A stretch of 64,000 bases of DNA, taken from NCBI GenBank assembly GCA_977017645.1, contig OZ360236.1, positions 18,476,001 through 18,540,000 on the forward strand, read 5' to 3'. Of the stretch, positions 25,552-37,696 are shown one piece after another. Made by a program: the position numbers and the translations under genes. A model generated the notes under the pieces. That model ran no database searches. It saw nothing but the letters and a program-made list of their open reading frames with translations, and was not told the DNA's origin. Origin of the DNA: Torpedo marmorata (taxonomy: Eukaryota). Numbering within the stretch: position 1 is the stretch's first letter; every line of letters starts with the position of its first letter.

Positions 25552-26158
25552 TTCAACTAATGATGAGCTTTAAATAGCTTTCTTGAGGACTAATTTTTAA
25601 AAAAAATGATAACTACAAGGAGAATAAATTTCTTTCAGATCCTGTCCTTAACACTTTCAAGTAAAGGTTGATGGTAATGATTGAATAGGAATATATACGC
25701 TTATTATACTGTTTTTATTACCCTATCAGAGGGTTAAGTATTCTATTATGGTGTGTATGGCTCAACTATTCAATGGATAATGTCACAAAGGCTAATGAGC
25801 TCAAACTATGAAGCGAAAGATAAACCAACTATATGATGCAGAAAGAAAACATGGAGAGATCCCTGTGCTTTGCAACATATTTTATATTCATCCAAAATGG
25901 ACTCTGGCTCATCTGAAAGATGGCATTGATGATGCTGTACCACTTTCAATTTTGCTTGTGTACAATGTTACATGAGCTCATGCTCATACAGATCTTCATG
26001 TTTAGAGATGAAAATAAACCCACAATCAACCAGATGTGGAGTGAATCAGAAATGTGTAACATTGTAGTTATCAGCGGCACACCTCATGTTATTGACTGAA
26101 ATATCAGTATCACACTGTATTCTATTTTTAAAATCAATAATAGATTTTTGTGTTGCAG

Positions 26159-26214
26159 CTAATCACAAATTAACAGCAACAGCTAAAGTGATCATTAAGA
26201 TCTGCGAGCATGAA
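26159..26214 (+). CDS. ZMYND8: ZMYND8 exon (end of bromodomain)
   Basis: ttgcag|(A)NHKLTATAKVIIKICEHE|gtaagt. 56 nt, phase 1-0. Confidence 0.95.
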
Positions 26215-26553
26215 GTAAGTATTGACATGGTAGTTGCATAATATTTTATTGTTGCACTGTTTTTGTTGGATTGATTAAGACAGTTCAGAAGGAGGTATGG
26301 ATCAAACCACGTTGTTCATAAAATGAATGTGAAACAAGCTGTTAAGATCGCTCAGTCTGTGAAAGAAAAACGTTTTTTTAAAACCTTTCTGGTGATATTC
26401 TCCAGAAGAATGCCTTTTCTCCTTCTCTGTCAGATACTTTTGTTCACTTTCTCAGATGCCCACTATTTGTGGTTTCTGTTGATGCTTTGATGTATTGAAG
26501 AAAGTATGTGGTTTAAAGGTAATATTTTTTCTTCTTTCCCCCTTAAAAATTAG

Positions 26554-26631
26554 ATGAATGAAATTGAAGTTTGTCCAGAATGCTATTTGGCTGCATGCCA
26601 GAAGAGAGACAACTGGTTCTGTGAGCCTTGT
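26554..26631 (+). CDS. ZMYND8: ZMYND8 exon (zinc knuckle between bromodomain and PWWP)
   Basis: aattag|[26 protein letters not shown]|gtaagt. 78 nt. Confidence 0.96.
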
Positions 26632-27284
26632 GTAAGTTCAAGTGCTCTATAAATTCTAAATGTCTAAATGTCCATTGAATTGAGCAATTGCTTGTGCCTT
26701 CAGTATGGATACTTGCTTTTTAACTCAACTTTTTGGTTATTTAGAATATCTACGATTGTCATTCGTGTTAGTAATCTGATGGACGCTAAAATGTTGAACT
26801 ACATCTTAGTCATCAGATCAGTGTGTTTACTCTTGCTTTCGGAATAAATGAAAGACAAATCCAAAACCTGGTAGATGAATTTACCAGCAACAGAAAATGC
26901 TTTCTGATTGACTTGTGGAGTTTAAATTAAAATCAATTTGACCTCTAATAGACTTGTTGATTTGTTAAAGAATATGTGGCTTTAATTATTCCAGGAAGAT
27001 CGATCAATTTACGTTTTGGCATCAAAAAATGCAGTTTGTCACACTTAGCTCAATTTAAAAAGCTGAATAATAATACTGTGATTTGCATGATATAATATCC
27101 TACCAGTTTAAAATAGCATATCATACAATATACCAGAAGAGCACTACTCAATGTTAGTTTAATCTTGCAATTACCGCTTTCAAGACCAATATAATTTTTG
27201 TTGAAAATATCATTAATTCTTGTCAATGCCCTTGTTAATTATGCACAAGTCTATTGACCCTTTATGACCTTTGGTTTTCATTAT

Positions 27285-27538
27285 GGCACGGTTGGCTAGC
27301 GGTTAGCGCAACGCCTTTACAGCGTCAGCGATCGGGCCTGGGTTCGAATCCCGCGCTGTCTGTAAGGAGTTTTTATGTTCTCCCCGTGTCTGCGTGGGTT
27401 TTCCCAGGGGGCTCCGGTTTCATCCCACTGTTTGAAATGTACCAGGGTTGTAGGTTAATTGGGTGTAAATTGGGCAGCACTGGCTCATGGGCCGAAATGG
27501 CCTGTTACTGTGCTGTATGTCTAAATTTAAAATTTAAC
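27285..27538 (+). mobile_element. V-SINE copy
   Basis: Full head, V-domain and tail structure. Confidence 0.88.
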
Positions 27539-28233
27539 TAGTAGCTAAAGAAAATCTTTACAATAATTCTTTCCAGAATCTATGTGCAGTTATTCTAAGT
27601 TGTTGCTCTCTTGCTCAAAAAAAAAAGGTGCCTTAGAGAAAAATATGTAGTATTGGTGAGTAGTGGATGGTTGGTCAAGAAGTGCATCGGACATTGAAAC
27701 ACTTCTATGGAGTATAGCTAAAACCATCTATCATACTTCTCATCGGGTATTGATCATATTCTTCTAGATGATGTTGGCCCAAGTCCATATACGTTTTTTT
27801 TGTCATTTCCTGCCCAAAATTGATGATCCCCTTAGGGTCAGTGATAAAGTTCCTAATCATGTTCCAAGGTTGTGTCTTTTCTACTTGTATCCTCCAGTCC
27901 TCTATAAGAATAGTTTATTTCCTTTATGTTGCTCCCTTTCAATTTTCTTTTTAATCAAGTGGACTCAGCTGAGTTTTTGTTCGGTAAGGTGGAATAGGCC
28001 TGGTGTTCAGGCAGAGGGTAATCATTCCTCACATATGGGGTTTTACATTAAACTTGTGCAATTACATTTTTGGGGCACCTCCACTGTTTAACCACTCTAC
28101 CTATGAAGGGAAAAGCCGACAAAATGCTTCCAGGTAGGAGGATGCTGTAAATGACTGCCAAATATTCTGGTCGAGTTGACCTTTCAAATGGAGAAGCAAG
28201 ACTGCAGATACTGGAAATCTGGAACGAAAAATG

Positions 28234-28395
28234 AGGTGCTGGAGGAAGTCAGCAGGTCAGGTGTTGTCTGGAGGCAAAGAGATGATGGATGTTTCAGGTT
28301 GACGCTTTGCATCCGGGCAGAGTCTTGACCCGAAAAGTCAACCATGGTTTTGCCTCCACAGATGCTGGTTGACCTGCTGATTTTCTCCAGCACCT
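28234..28395. repeat. Palindromic element built from two inverted Penelope-like termini
   Basis: AGGTGCTGGAGGAAGTCAGCAGGTCA ... TGACCTGCTGATTTTCTCCAGCACCT. Arms resemble the TGCTGGAG.AACTCAG.AGGTC motif at ~9373 and ~15118. Confidence 0.6.
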
Positions 28396-28561
28396 TTTTT
28401 TTTTTTTGGTACTTTTCGAATGTTTGCTGCATCTGTGGCCAGCAGTGTTGATGCCTAGTGCTGTACCACTGTGTTCCATGGAAGAATTGTGTTCATATAT
28501 TGTTTATTAGGAGCAGTTTCCAAATCTTTTCAGTTGGAATTGTCTGCAATGAACATGTGTA

Positions 28562-29066
28562 CCATATATACTCATGTAATAGTCAAGTTTTTTGGACCAA
28601 TTTTTCAGGTCAAATTTTGGGGGGGTGGGGGGTCGACTTTTACGTGGGTCATACCTGCCTCGTTCAAGGCGTCAGGAGCTCTGGTGGGCAGGCGGCCGGG
28701 GTGAGGGTCCGCGGTTGGGGCGTCAAGAGCTCTGGTGTGCGGGGAGGCGGCTGGGTTGAAGATCTGTGGTCGGGGCGTCGGGAGCTCCGGCGGGCGGCTG
28801 GGGCGAAGATTTGCAGTCGGGATGTCAGGAGCTCCAGTCAGCGGGGTGTCGGGCTTGGATGGGCAGGCGGTCGGGGCATCGGGGGCTTGGATGGGCAGGC
28901 TGTCGGGGCATCGGGACCTCGGATGGGTGGAATGCTGGGGCCAAAAATAGGGGGGGTTGACTTTTACACTGGTCATATGGGAAACATGCGAATTTTGGGC
29001 CAAAATGTGTGGGGGGGTGGGGGGTTGACTATTACATGGGATCGACTATTAGACAAGTATATATGG
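28562..29066. mobile_element. Tc2/pogo-like MITE with GC-rich interior
   Basis: TIRs CCATATATACTCATGTAATAGTC and GACTATTAGACAAGTATATATGG, with TA on both flanks. Confidence 0.8.
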
Positions 29067-29113
29067 TAATTCTTCATATTCTACTTTTATCTTTTCCATG
29101 CAGGGTATAGTGA

Positions 29114-29308
<195 letters not shown>

Positions 29309-29835
29309 TGAGTTATTTTGTTGTCTATGGAAAATTGTTTCTCATATTCTCTGAATCAATTTGTGTTCAAAGCAACACCGAATCAGCAGTTGAACTGCAA
29401 TTTTGAGAAGATTTAAATATGACCATTAAATAACTAAAACATGTTAATTGTCTATTTAAAGAAAATAATGTTGTGGTTTTAATTGCTTTGTTATAAACAT
29501 TGCCTAAGTCCAAAAACAACCTTTGTGTTTTTCATTAACTCGTATGATCTGGTATCTCCTTTAGTGATATGATTTGACTACAGAGTAGGACATGAACACG
29601 TATCTTGAGGCCAGAGTGATCAACACACCAAAAGTCTTAATTACCTTTTGAATATAGGGTCTGTCATCAACATCAAAATTGAGGAGTGATTCTTAAAGCA
29701 TTTATCCACAGTATTGGTTAGGAAGTTCCAGGATTTGGATCCAGAAATGATGAAGGACCAGTAATATATTTTGAGATGGGGTGGTATGTGACTAGAAGGG
29801 GAATCCACAAGTTGCAGTGTTTGCACGCACCTGCT

Positions 29836-30097
29836 TTAAATTTTAAGTTAAACTTTAAAAAAAAAAATTTAGACATACAGCACAGTAACAGGCCCTTCTG
29901 GCTTACGAGCACGTGCCGCCCAAATACCCCAATTCACCTCCAATCCCTGTACGTTTTGAAGGGTGGGAGGAAACCGGAACACCCGGAGAAACCCACACAG
30001 ACACGGGGAAAGTCCTTACAGACAGCATTGCATTCGAACCCCTGGTCACTGGTGCTGTAATAGCGTTGTGCTAACCACTACGCTGATCGTGTTGTCC
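29836..30097 (-). mobile_element. V-SINE copy
   Basis: Reverse complement of the family consensus (TTTAGACATACAGCAC...AACCACTACGCT). Confidence 0.85.
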
Positions 30098-30993
30098 TTG
30101 ATTTTCTTGGTAGTGGAGGAAGGAGCTGTCAAAGTAGCCCGGGCAAGCATCTGCAATGCATTTTGTGGATGGTGCAAACTGCAGCCTCTGATCATGGAGG
30201 TAATGATTGGTCAAGGTGCTTGATAGGGTTGCAATTGGGCTGCATTGTCCTGCATAACGTCAAGCTTCTTGGAATCATAGAATCATTACAGTATAGGAGG
30301 GATGAGTTCACGTGGCTACCTGGCATTTTTACAGTGTGTCTCGTTATCCAACAAGTTTATTCAATCTGGTAATAACTTCATGCTGTAACGTGGCTCCAAT
30401 TTCACAGCAAAATATCCCGAGACCCTTCACAGAAGCACAAACAAAATTTGACTGTTGGCCACATGAAGAGATACAAGGACCAGCACTTCAGTGGCAAGGA
30501 GGGATTTGAAAACAGGATAATTTTGTAATTGGCATTGCCATATTGGGATGCAGGGAATGGCATTGACCCACAAGCATGATGGTTGAAAATAGCTTGATGT
30601 GAGGTAGAGACACTGATAAAAGGTCTCAAAAACATTTCTTGTGATTTTTGGCCCTCGGATCATAGGACATTCTGATTATCTACTGTGAAAAGACTGGTGT
30701 GCTTTCGTAAATAAAATATTTTTGTCATTTTGGTTTTGGAGGTGATGAGAAAAATATTGGCCAGTTAATCCAAACAAGGTAGTTTGATCGGGTGCCTGCC
30801 TACATTTTTTCATACCTCGATGAAGGGCTCAACCACGTAATATTGGTTATGTATTTTTATCTTTGTTATATAAAGTACACTGTTTGTCCGGCTGAATTTC
30901 TCCAGCATTGTGTTTTTACTTCAACCACAGTGTCTGCAGACTTTCGTGTTTTACCCCAAGGTATTAATTGAACACTTTTTCTACGACATACAG

Positions 30994-31484
30994 GGCTTGG
31001 GTTCCAATAAATAACTGCTACCTCATGTCCAGAGAAATTCCCTTTTCTGTAAAAAAGACTAAAAGCATCTTCAACAGTGCAATGCAAGAAATGGAGGTAT
31101 ATGTGGAGAACATTCATAAAAAGTTTGGAACATTCAATTATGCACCTTTTCGGTCGCCATACACTCCCAACAACCAATTCCAGATGCTGAAAGATCCCCA
31201 GAACCCAGCAGCAGGAACTGCTAAGCCTGATAAATATGAAAAAATCAAATTAAACTTTGATATGACTGCATCACCCAAAATAGTTCTCAGCAAGTCTGTG
31301 TTAATCGGTGGTCCCAGTCAGAGAATTTCACTAACCGACACACCCCGTTCGCCAATGAGCACCAACTCTTCGGTGCACACCGGTTCTGACCTCGAAACTG
31401 AACCTGCAGAGAAGAGCTTGAAGGCAGCTTCCAGTCACTTCAGTGCAAGTGAGGAGTCCATGGACTTCATTGACCGGAGCACAG
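30994..31484 (+). CDS. ZMYND8: ZMYND8 exon (PWWP C-terminal half and downstream conserved region)
   Basis: atacag|(R)[16 protein letters not shown]...[14 protein letters not shown]+G|gtatga. 491 nt, phase 2-1. Confidence 0.96.
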
Positions 31485-32463
31485 GTATGATAGCCCTTCA
31501 TTTTAAGAACTTTAAAAAAAAATAATCATTGGGCTGTTGTGTTATGGAATGGGAGAATAAAAGCAGAAAAGCCACATTTTTTTTGAAGATATGTGAAAGA
31601 AACCAATTGGAGAGGTTGAATATTTATGACTCCTTCAAAATTTATGCTTATTCATTTGATTGCCACTCTTTCACTGTAATTTCATTGAATAACCTCCATT
31701 TCCACGAAGTTGTCTCAATGTATTGAATTTTAGATTGTGGTTGAGTTTTAGCTTGTTCTGCATGAGGACAGTCAGGTCTGTTTTCCAGACATCACAGTAG
31801 AGCAGGGAGCACTGAACCAGAATGGCATTAATCCGAAGGTGAGCTGAGAATGGGTGACTGTGCCCTTTTAATTTCATTGCGAGGCAGAAGCAACTTGTGC
31901 TGCATCATTAGATACTCCCAAGAATTTGTGCAGCCAAAGCAAAGTGAAAAGATTTTTTTTTTAAATAGATAGTCTTGGGTTTTAAGTAGTAATTTTGCAT
32001 GGCATTTCCATTGAGGGTAATGTATGTTGGAAATGATATGCTGGTGTTACCTGTGTGTAAAGATCCTCTTTCAAGTAATGGGCCTTTTGGGTTGTCAATT
32101 GCCTTGAAATTCACATTAATCAAAATTCTTAATGCATCATCCTTATTCTAAGTGAACAGAAGGGAGAAGTGAGGATAAGAAATGGATTGCTATTGAATAT
32201 GGAATTTATCTGGTAAATGGTTTATCATAAGAAGAAGGGAACTGGAGAGTCATGCAGGGGTCCTTCATTAGTTTGATAGAGTCCACGCTCATTTACAAAA
32301 TGGATATTTCCATTCATTAACTCTGCACTATGTGGAGTTTTGGATGACAAACCTTTCTCCTCCTACTGACTTTGTGTTCAGTTGTGGTGCAGGTTGCAAA
32401 CGGTGTTCGAAACCGAAAATTCTCTGCCAGTTCCACATTGATCCAGTTTGTTTCCTCTTTCAG

Positions 32464-32613
32464 CTTCTCCTGGATCTGTGAAGACGAGTCAAGCTGGCAG
32501 TGTGTCGGGCAGCCCAAAACCCTTCTCTCCTCAGTCCTCCACTCCCATTGCTGCTAAATCAGAAAGGACTTTGAAAACCCCTCCTACGGGCAGCATCCTT
32601 AATCTAAACCTTG
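32464..32613 (+). CDS. ZMYND8: ZMYND8 exon
   Basis: tttcag|(A)SPGSVKTSQAGSVSGSPKPFSP...TGSILNLNL+G|gttagt. 150 nt, phase 1-1. Confidence 0.93.
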
Positions 32614-32752
32614 GTTAGTTGTGACCACAAAATGTTTTTCCATTGGCTGTGTGGGATTTGTAGTCAACCAACAGTGAGATGGAGGCTGGGTGGGGGCAGT
32701 GTATGTGCATGCAGTGGGATTATCCAGTGATGTGTGCCACCTTCCTTTAGCT

Positions 32753-32904
32753 CAGTGGTTCTCAACCTTTTTTTTCCCACTCGCATACCACCTTAAGTAA
32801 TCCCTTACTAACCACAGAGCAACTATGGCATCCTATGCTCTGTGGTTAGTAAGGGATTACTTAAGGTGGTATGTGAGTGGAAGAAAAAAGGTTGAGAACC
32901 ACTG
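32753..32904. mobile_element. hAT (Charlie-type) palindromic MITE
   Basis: TIR CAGTGGTTCTCAACC. The whole element is a hairpin. 8-bp TSD CTTTAGCT / CTTTAGCC. Confidence 0.9.
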
Positions 32905-33459
32905 CTTTAGCCCTTTAGAAGAGACTTTGGAGTGAGGAATCTAACTTCTTTGAAAGAGATATCGCTGTATAGGGATGGAACTGTATTGCTTTTACTAAAA
33001 AAATGCATTGTTTTTATGATTCAACAAAATAGTTCCCAGTAGCACTCCATTCCGGTTATATTCATTGTTTATTTTTTCATTGTATTTTGGAGACCATGAG
33101 ATAAGACAGAGTCAGGAGCTTTTGCTGAAGTTTCCTATATCGAGCATTCCATATGATTGAAAGCTTTCTGTTTTTATTACCGGTACTTATTATTTATCTT
33201 CAACAGCATTGCTGTTCAATTCTGTATTGGTCCCAAAACAGTAATAACGGTATTCTGTCCCAATTTATTGTTACAAAGGTCATGGTGTCATTCATTTGCC
33301 AAACTCCATTGCCTTTATCTCTAACACAGCATTCTAGAACAGTCTGAGCCCATGTTCCAAATTGGCTCTTGGTTACCTCTTCGCCTTTTCAGATATCTTG
33401 GGCTGAACTCCCATAATTGATTTCTCATTCATGTTTTATTCTATCTTCTCGTGCAATAG

Positions 33460-33612
33460 ATCGCAGTAAAGCAGAGATGGATCTGAAAGAGCTGAGTGAA
33501 TCTGTGGTGCAGTCGGCTCCTGTGCTCCTCACTTCACCCAAAAAACAGCTAGTACGCAGCAGCTTCCTGCTTAATCTTGACAAGACCATCGAAAGTTGTA
33601 AAGCACAGTTAG
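33460..33612 (+). CDS. ZMYND8: ZMYND8 exon
   Basis: caatag|(D)RSKAEMDLKELSESV...LNLDKTIESCKAQL+G|gtgaga. 153 nt. Confidence 0.95.
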
Positions 33613-33914
33613 GTGAGAATGTGTTTGCTATTTAAAATATGTTAAGCCATCCAAAAGGCCTTATTTATTTGAAAGATTATTTGGAAATTGGAAGATTTTT
33701 TTTCAAACTTGTTAGGAAAGCAGAAAACTTGGTGTTTTGCCTCTATCTTTTGACTGGGCATGTGATGTATGAGAAATAAATTTGTTTCCTCATGCCTTCT
33801 GTAAAGCAGGAGTGATGCATGTTAATGAATAGTCAAACCAATATGCTTGATATGACCTACTGAAACCCACCAGTTGAAGAGAAGCCCACAATTACTGATT
33901 TCTGAGTTGGAGAT

Positions 33915-34210
33915 CAAGATTCAATTTATTATCCTGTAAAAAAGAGAGTGCAATATTACACAAAATTTGTTTTCGTCTGCCATTAGGCAGACAGATTCGC
34001 CATTGGCAAAAATTGCTGAAGCGCCTCTTACAGTCAGAGAAAGAGAAGCAAAAGACAGTCCTCTCAGAGTCACTGTGTGTCCGTGGTTTTGCCTCCAGCG
34101 CTCCCGCAGCCCCTGCAGCCAAACCATCGGCAGCCCAAGCTCCAGATCTGAACCTCTGACACGATCAGGAACCCTTCAGCGCCCTCGGCATCCTCTTGCA
34201 TCCCAGATTT
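33915..34210 (-). mobile_element. Truncated copy of the ~540-bp retroposon family
   Basis: Matches 2316-2630 (CAAGATTCAATTTATT...CAGTCAGAGAAAGAGAAGCA...). Confidence 0.8.
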
Positions 34211-34739
34211 GTATTTGTTTGCATTGAGTTGGAAATCCAGCATTCTCCTGGAATTGCCAAGTCCAAGATAAAATTAAAAAAATCTTTGATTAAATTTCAC
34301 TTGCTCCTTAACTTGTGTAAAAACAAAAATTACATCCTGATCATCACAAAGATTATAATTGCTTAGTTGTACTGATGAGTCATTGTCATGAGGTTGAATA
34401 TAAAATTCAACAAAAGTCTTAAATTTTATTTGGTATTCTACACTCCAATGTAGGACCCAATGATCTTAATGCCTTGTTTCCTTTAGAATACAGGACAAGT
34501 TATGAAGCCTTGTACCTCAGTAAATAAAAAGTGACATTTTCTGTAGGCACAGTTAATTGGTTTGAGGCAGGACTGGGAAGAATAAGTTTAATTTACAGTT
34601 CTTGTTAATATCCTATGATCCCTGTTGGGATTTGTATTTGTATGATATATTTTGAGGAAGGATTACTGATTTATTTTTTTGGGATGAAATAGCCTACTAG
34701 TCAAGATACAATAAGGACTGCCAGGCTGGGAAATGGCTT

Positions 34740-34950
34740 AATCCCGCAGGCTGTGAGATTGGTGAACAGTATCCTGTAACCGAGTAAATCATCCCAAAAT
34801 ATTATATATATTTATTTTAAGTTACATCTTTATGTATGTATGAGATTATTATGTGCTGTGTATTGTGTGTGAATGCGTGCGCGCCGTGCTCCGGAGAAAC
34901 GCTTTTTCATCTTTTTCTGTAATCAAATGATAATAAACTTGAACTTGAAT
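34740..34950 (+). mobile_element. Rex1/Babar-type 3' tail
   Basis: CCCGCAGGCTGTGAGATTGGTGAAC...GATAATAAACTTGAACTTGAA. Confidence 0.5.
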
Positions 34951-36514
34951 AGATTAATAGCTTAATTAAATTGCAAGGAGTTCTGCAGTATTTATAGTCA
35001 AAATCAGCAGAAAATTAATTCAGGGGCATCCTTATGAGATATGTTCATTTGAACATTGCAATTTTATTGACTGAGACTTTTAGGGAACTTTTGGCGCTTC
35101 TCTGCACCAAACAACTGATTTTCTCTCATAAGCGTCAGCAAACTAGAGACCCCATGCAAAATCAATGCTGGCAATTTCCTGGCTGTTTTCTCTGCCAGAT
35201 TTTCCATGAAGTCCAATGATGGAGTAGGAGCTTTCTGGAATTTCCTAGCATTCACACTGGAGAATCTGCTTCAGTGTGAGGAAGAAACACATGAATAAGC
35301 TAAGTTACAATTTTTAAATTGTATGTATTTTCAGTAATTACATTATTAAGTTATTTTTATTTTTTAAACAATACATTTTAAAATGCATGTCTCCATGCCA
35401 TGAACCTGGTGTGAATCCAGCAAAGAATAGTCCCATGGCTTGGTGTCGAGAGGCTGCATGTGAGGTCTGATGTTGGGCACGTTGGGGCTGTTCGGCACTG
35501 ATAGGCTTGGCACGGGCATCATATAGATTGGCACAGTGCGTGCAGGGCATTACTGGAACAGGGCAGTGGTGTCTCATGTGTTGACATGCTACCTGGAACT
35601 TATAGTCTTCCCCCATTACCATCAGCTAAATGTGACGTCTTCCCCTTGCTTTAGCTGCATGGATTTTCCTTGCCCTAAGATTTCTCCAGGGTAATGTTCA
35701 ATGGAGAGCGAGGGTTAATAGCTTCGAAACACGCAACAGAACATGAAGAGAGAAACCATAAGATCTGGACGGTTTTCATACAAATCCCAATAGGGCTCAT
35801 AGAATATTAACAAATGGAATCGGTGCTGACAATTTCCAGAAATAACTCGTAGTCACTGTGCCAGCCAGGGTGTAGACCTGAGCCCCACATCTCTGTGCTG
35901 AACAACAGCACTGCTTCTCTTGATCCTCATCGGCTTTATCCACACCAAGCAGAGGGCAGGGATTTGCACTAGATTCCCAACATAACTTCCAGGCACAGGT
36001 AGGTCAGGGGTTCACACTAAAACAAATGTCTATATTTTTTAAACAAGTACAGCAGGCTACACATATGTGAGTGTTTCTCCTTTGGGGCCCAAAGTACTAT
36101 AATGAATTAGCACTCCAGGGCAGTGCTAAGTGGGGTACCCAGTATGATGCACTTGAAAATGCAGTCAATTCCAGGATAACATAGAACATTACAGCACAGT
36201 ACAGGCTGTAAATTGTGTTCAATTATCATTTTTTGATTACTTAGTTTGTTTCTGATTGCTTTAAGTTTATAATCAACAGTCTGTTGGAATAGCCATTGTC
36301 AGGTAAAAATGTTTCATTCAAGCTGACTGTTCATAAAATTTGCAATATACTGTACTTAAATGGAACAAACTTGCATAGAAGTAAAGATACAGATTTTTTT
36401 TGTGTGGGGAGTTCTTTTGATTCAAGAGCAGTATCCTTGACGTTTGATTAGATTCTTGAAATTTTTTTAATCTTGTGGAAATGAGCTCTATTAGCTTGTT
36501 TTGACACATTATTA

Positions 36515-36767
36515 TTTTTAAATTAAATTTAAATTTAGACATACAGCACGGTAACAGGCCCTTTCGGCCCACGAGCCCGTGCCGCCCAATTACACCGAAT
36601 TAACCTGCACCCCTGGTACGTTTTGAAGTGTGGGAGGAAACCAGAGCCCCCGGGGAAAACCCACGCAGACACGGGGAGAACGTACAAACTTCTTACAGAC
36701 AGCACGGGAATCGAACCATGGTCCCGATCGCTGGTGCTGTAACAGCGTTGCGCTAACCGTGCCGCCC
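36515..36767 (-). mobile_element. V-SINE copy (CpG-intact, probably young)
   Basis: Full-length reverse-complement copy ending GCTAACCGTGCCGCCC. Confidence 0.9.
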
Positions 36768-36949
36768 AAATATCACTGAATAGGAAACGTTACTAATAAT
36801 GGAAGTTATTGGACTCTTGTGTTGGAATAGTCTTTAGGTTTTATGTTTATCGTCAATTTTTGTTGCATGTAAATTTTTTGAGACTTCATTGATGATATTT
36901 TAGGTATTGTTTGGTACTGCTTCAAAATTTTGTGTCTTCTTGTCCCAAG

Positions 36950-37495
36950 GTATAAATGAAATTTCTGAAGATGTTGATGCAGGAGCTGAACACAGTGACT
37001 CAGAAGATTCAGAAAAATCGGACACCTCTGACAGTGAATATGCCAGTGATGAAGGCCCAAAGCTAAATAATGGACAAGAAGAGAGAGAGGATAAGGAAGG
37101 TACCAGGAGTGAAAAGGATTCCCTTTTTGTAAAAAAGAAACCTAAACATTTAGTGGTTCATGGTGAAGTGAAGCAGGAAACCAGTCCAAGTTCTGTTGTG
37201 GCCAAAAATGAGGCTTTGGGGAAGGAAAAGGCAAATGGGGATTCAGACAAAGAACATGTTGAGAAAATTAAAAATCTACACCAAGGCGCAAAGGAGAAAC
37301 AGGGAAATAAAGATGAGACTGATTCTCCAACAGTGCACTTGGGACTGGACTCGGATTCTGATTCTGACAATGAGCTGGTTATAGATTTGGGAGATGAAAG
37401 CAAAGAAGCTGTACGAGAAGGCAAGAAGGGGGAGAAGAGTAAAAAGGAACCAACACCAACACTGAAGGAATCACCAGTTGCATCGAATACAGAAG
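36950..37495 (+). CDS. ZMYND8: ZMYND8 exon (acidic / low-complexity region)
   Basis: cccaag|(G)INEISED...HSDSEDSEKSD...DETDSPTVHLGLDSD..ELVIDLG...TE+G|gtatgt. 546 nt. Confidence 0.94.
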
Positions 37496-37696
37496 GTATG
37501 TGTATTTAAAACCTGTGCTTTCCTTTTTTACACCTGTTTTCTCTGTTAAACCTGGAGAGTGATTGGCCATGGTTGTGTTTATTACATCTTGGTTGGATTT
37601 GGCTGCTGTGTGGTATTCGCCGTGAATAACTCTTGGTCAAACTTTCCACTGAAAACAAACAGTTCATTCCTTTATGGAATAATTGGATTGTTTAAG

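Noticed and set aside
28458-29069. 203-aa Gly-rich ORF and overlapping ORFs
   Set aside because: Explained by stop-codon depletion in the GC-rich MITE interior.
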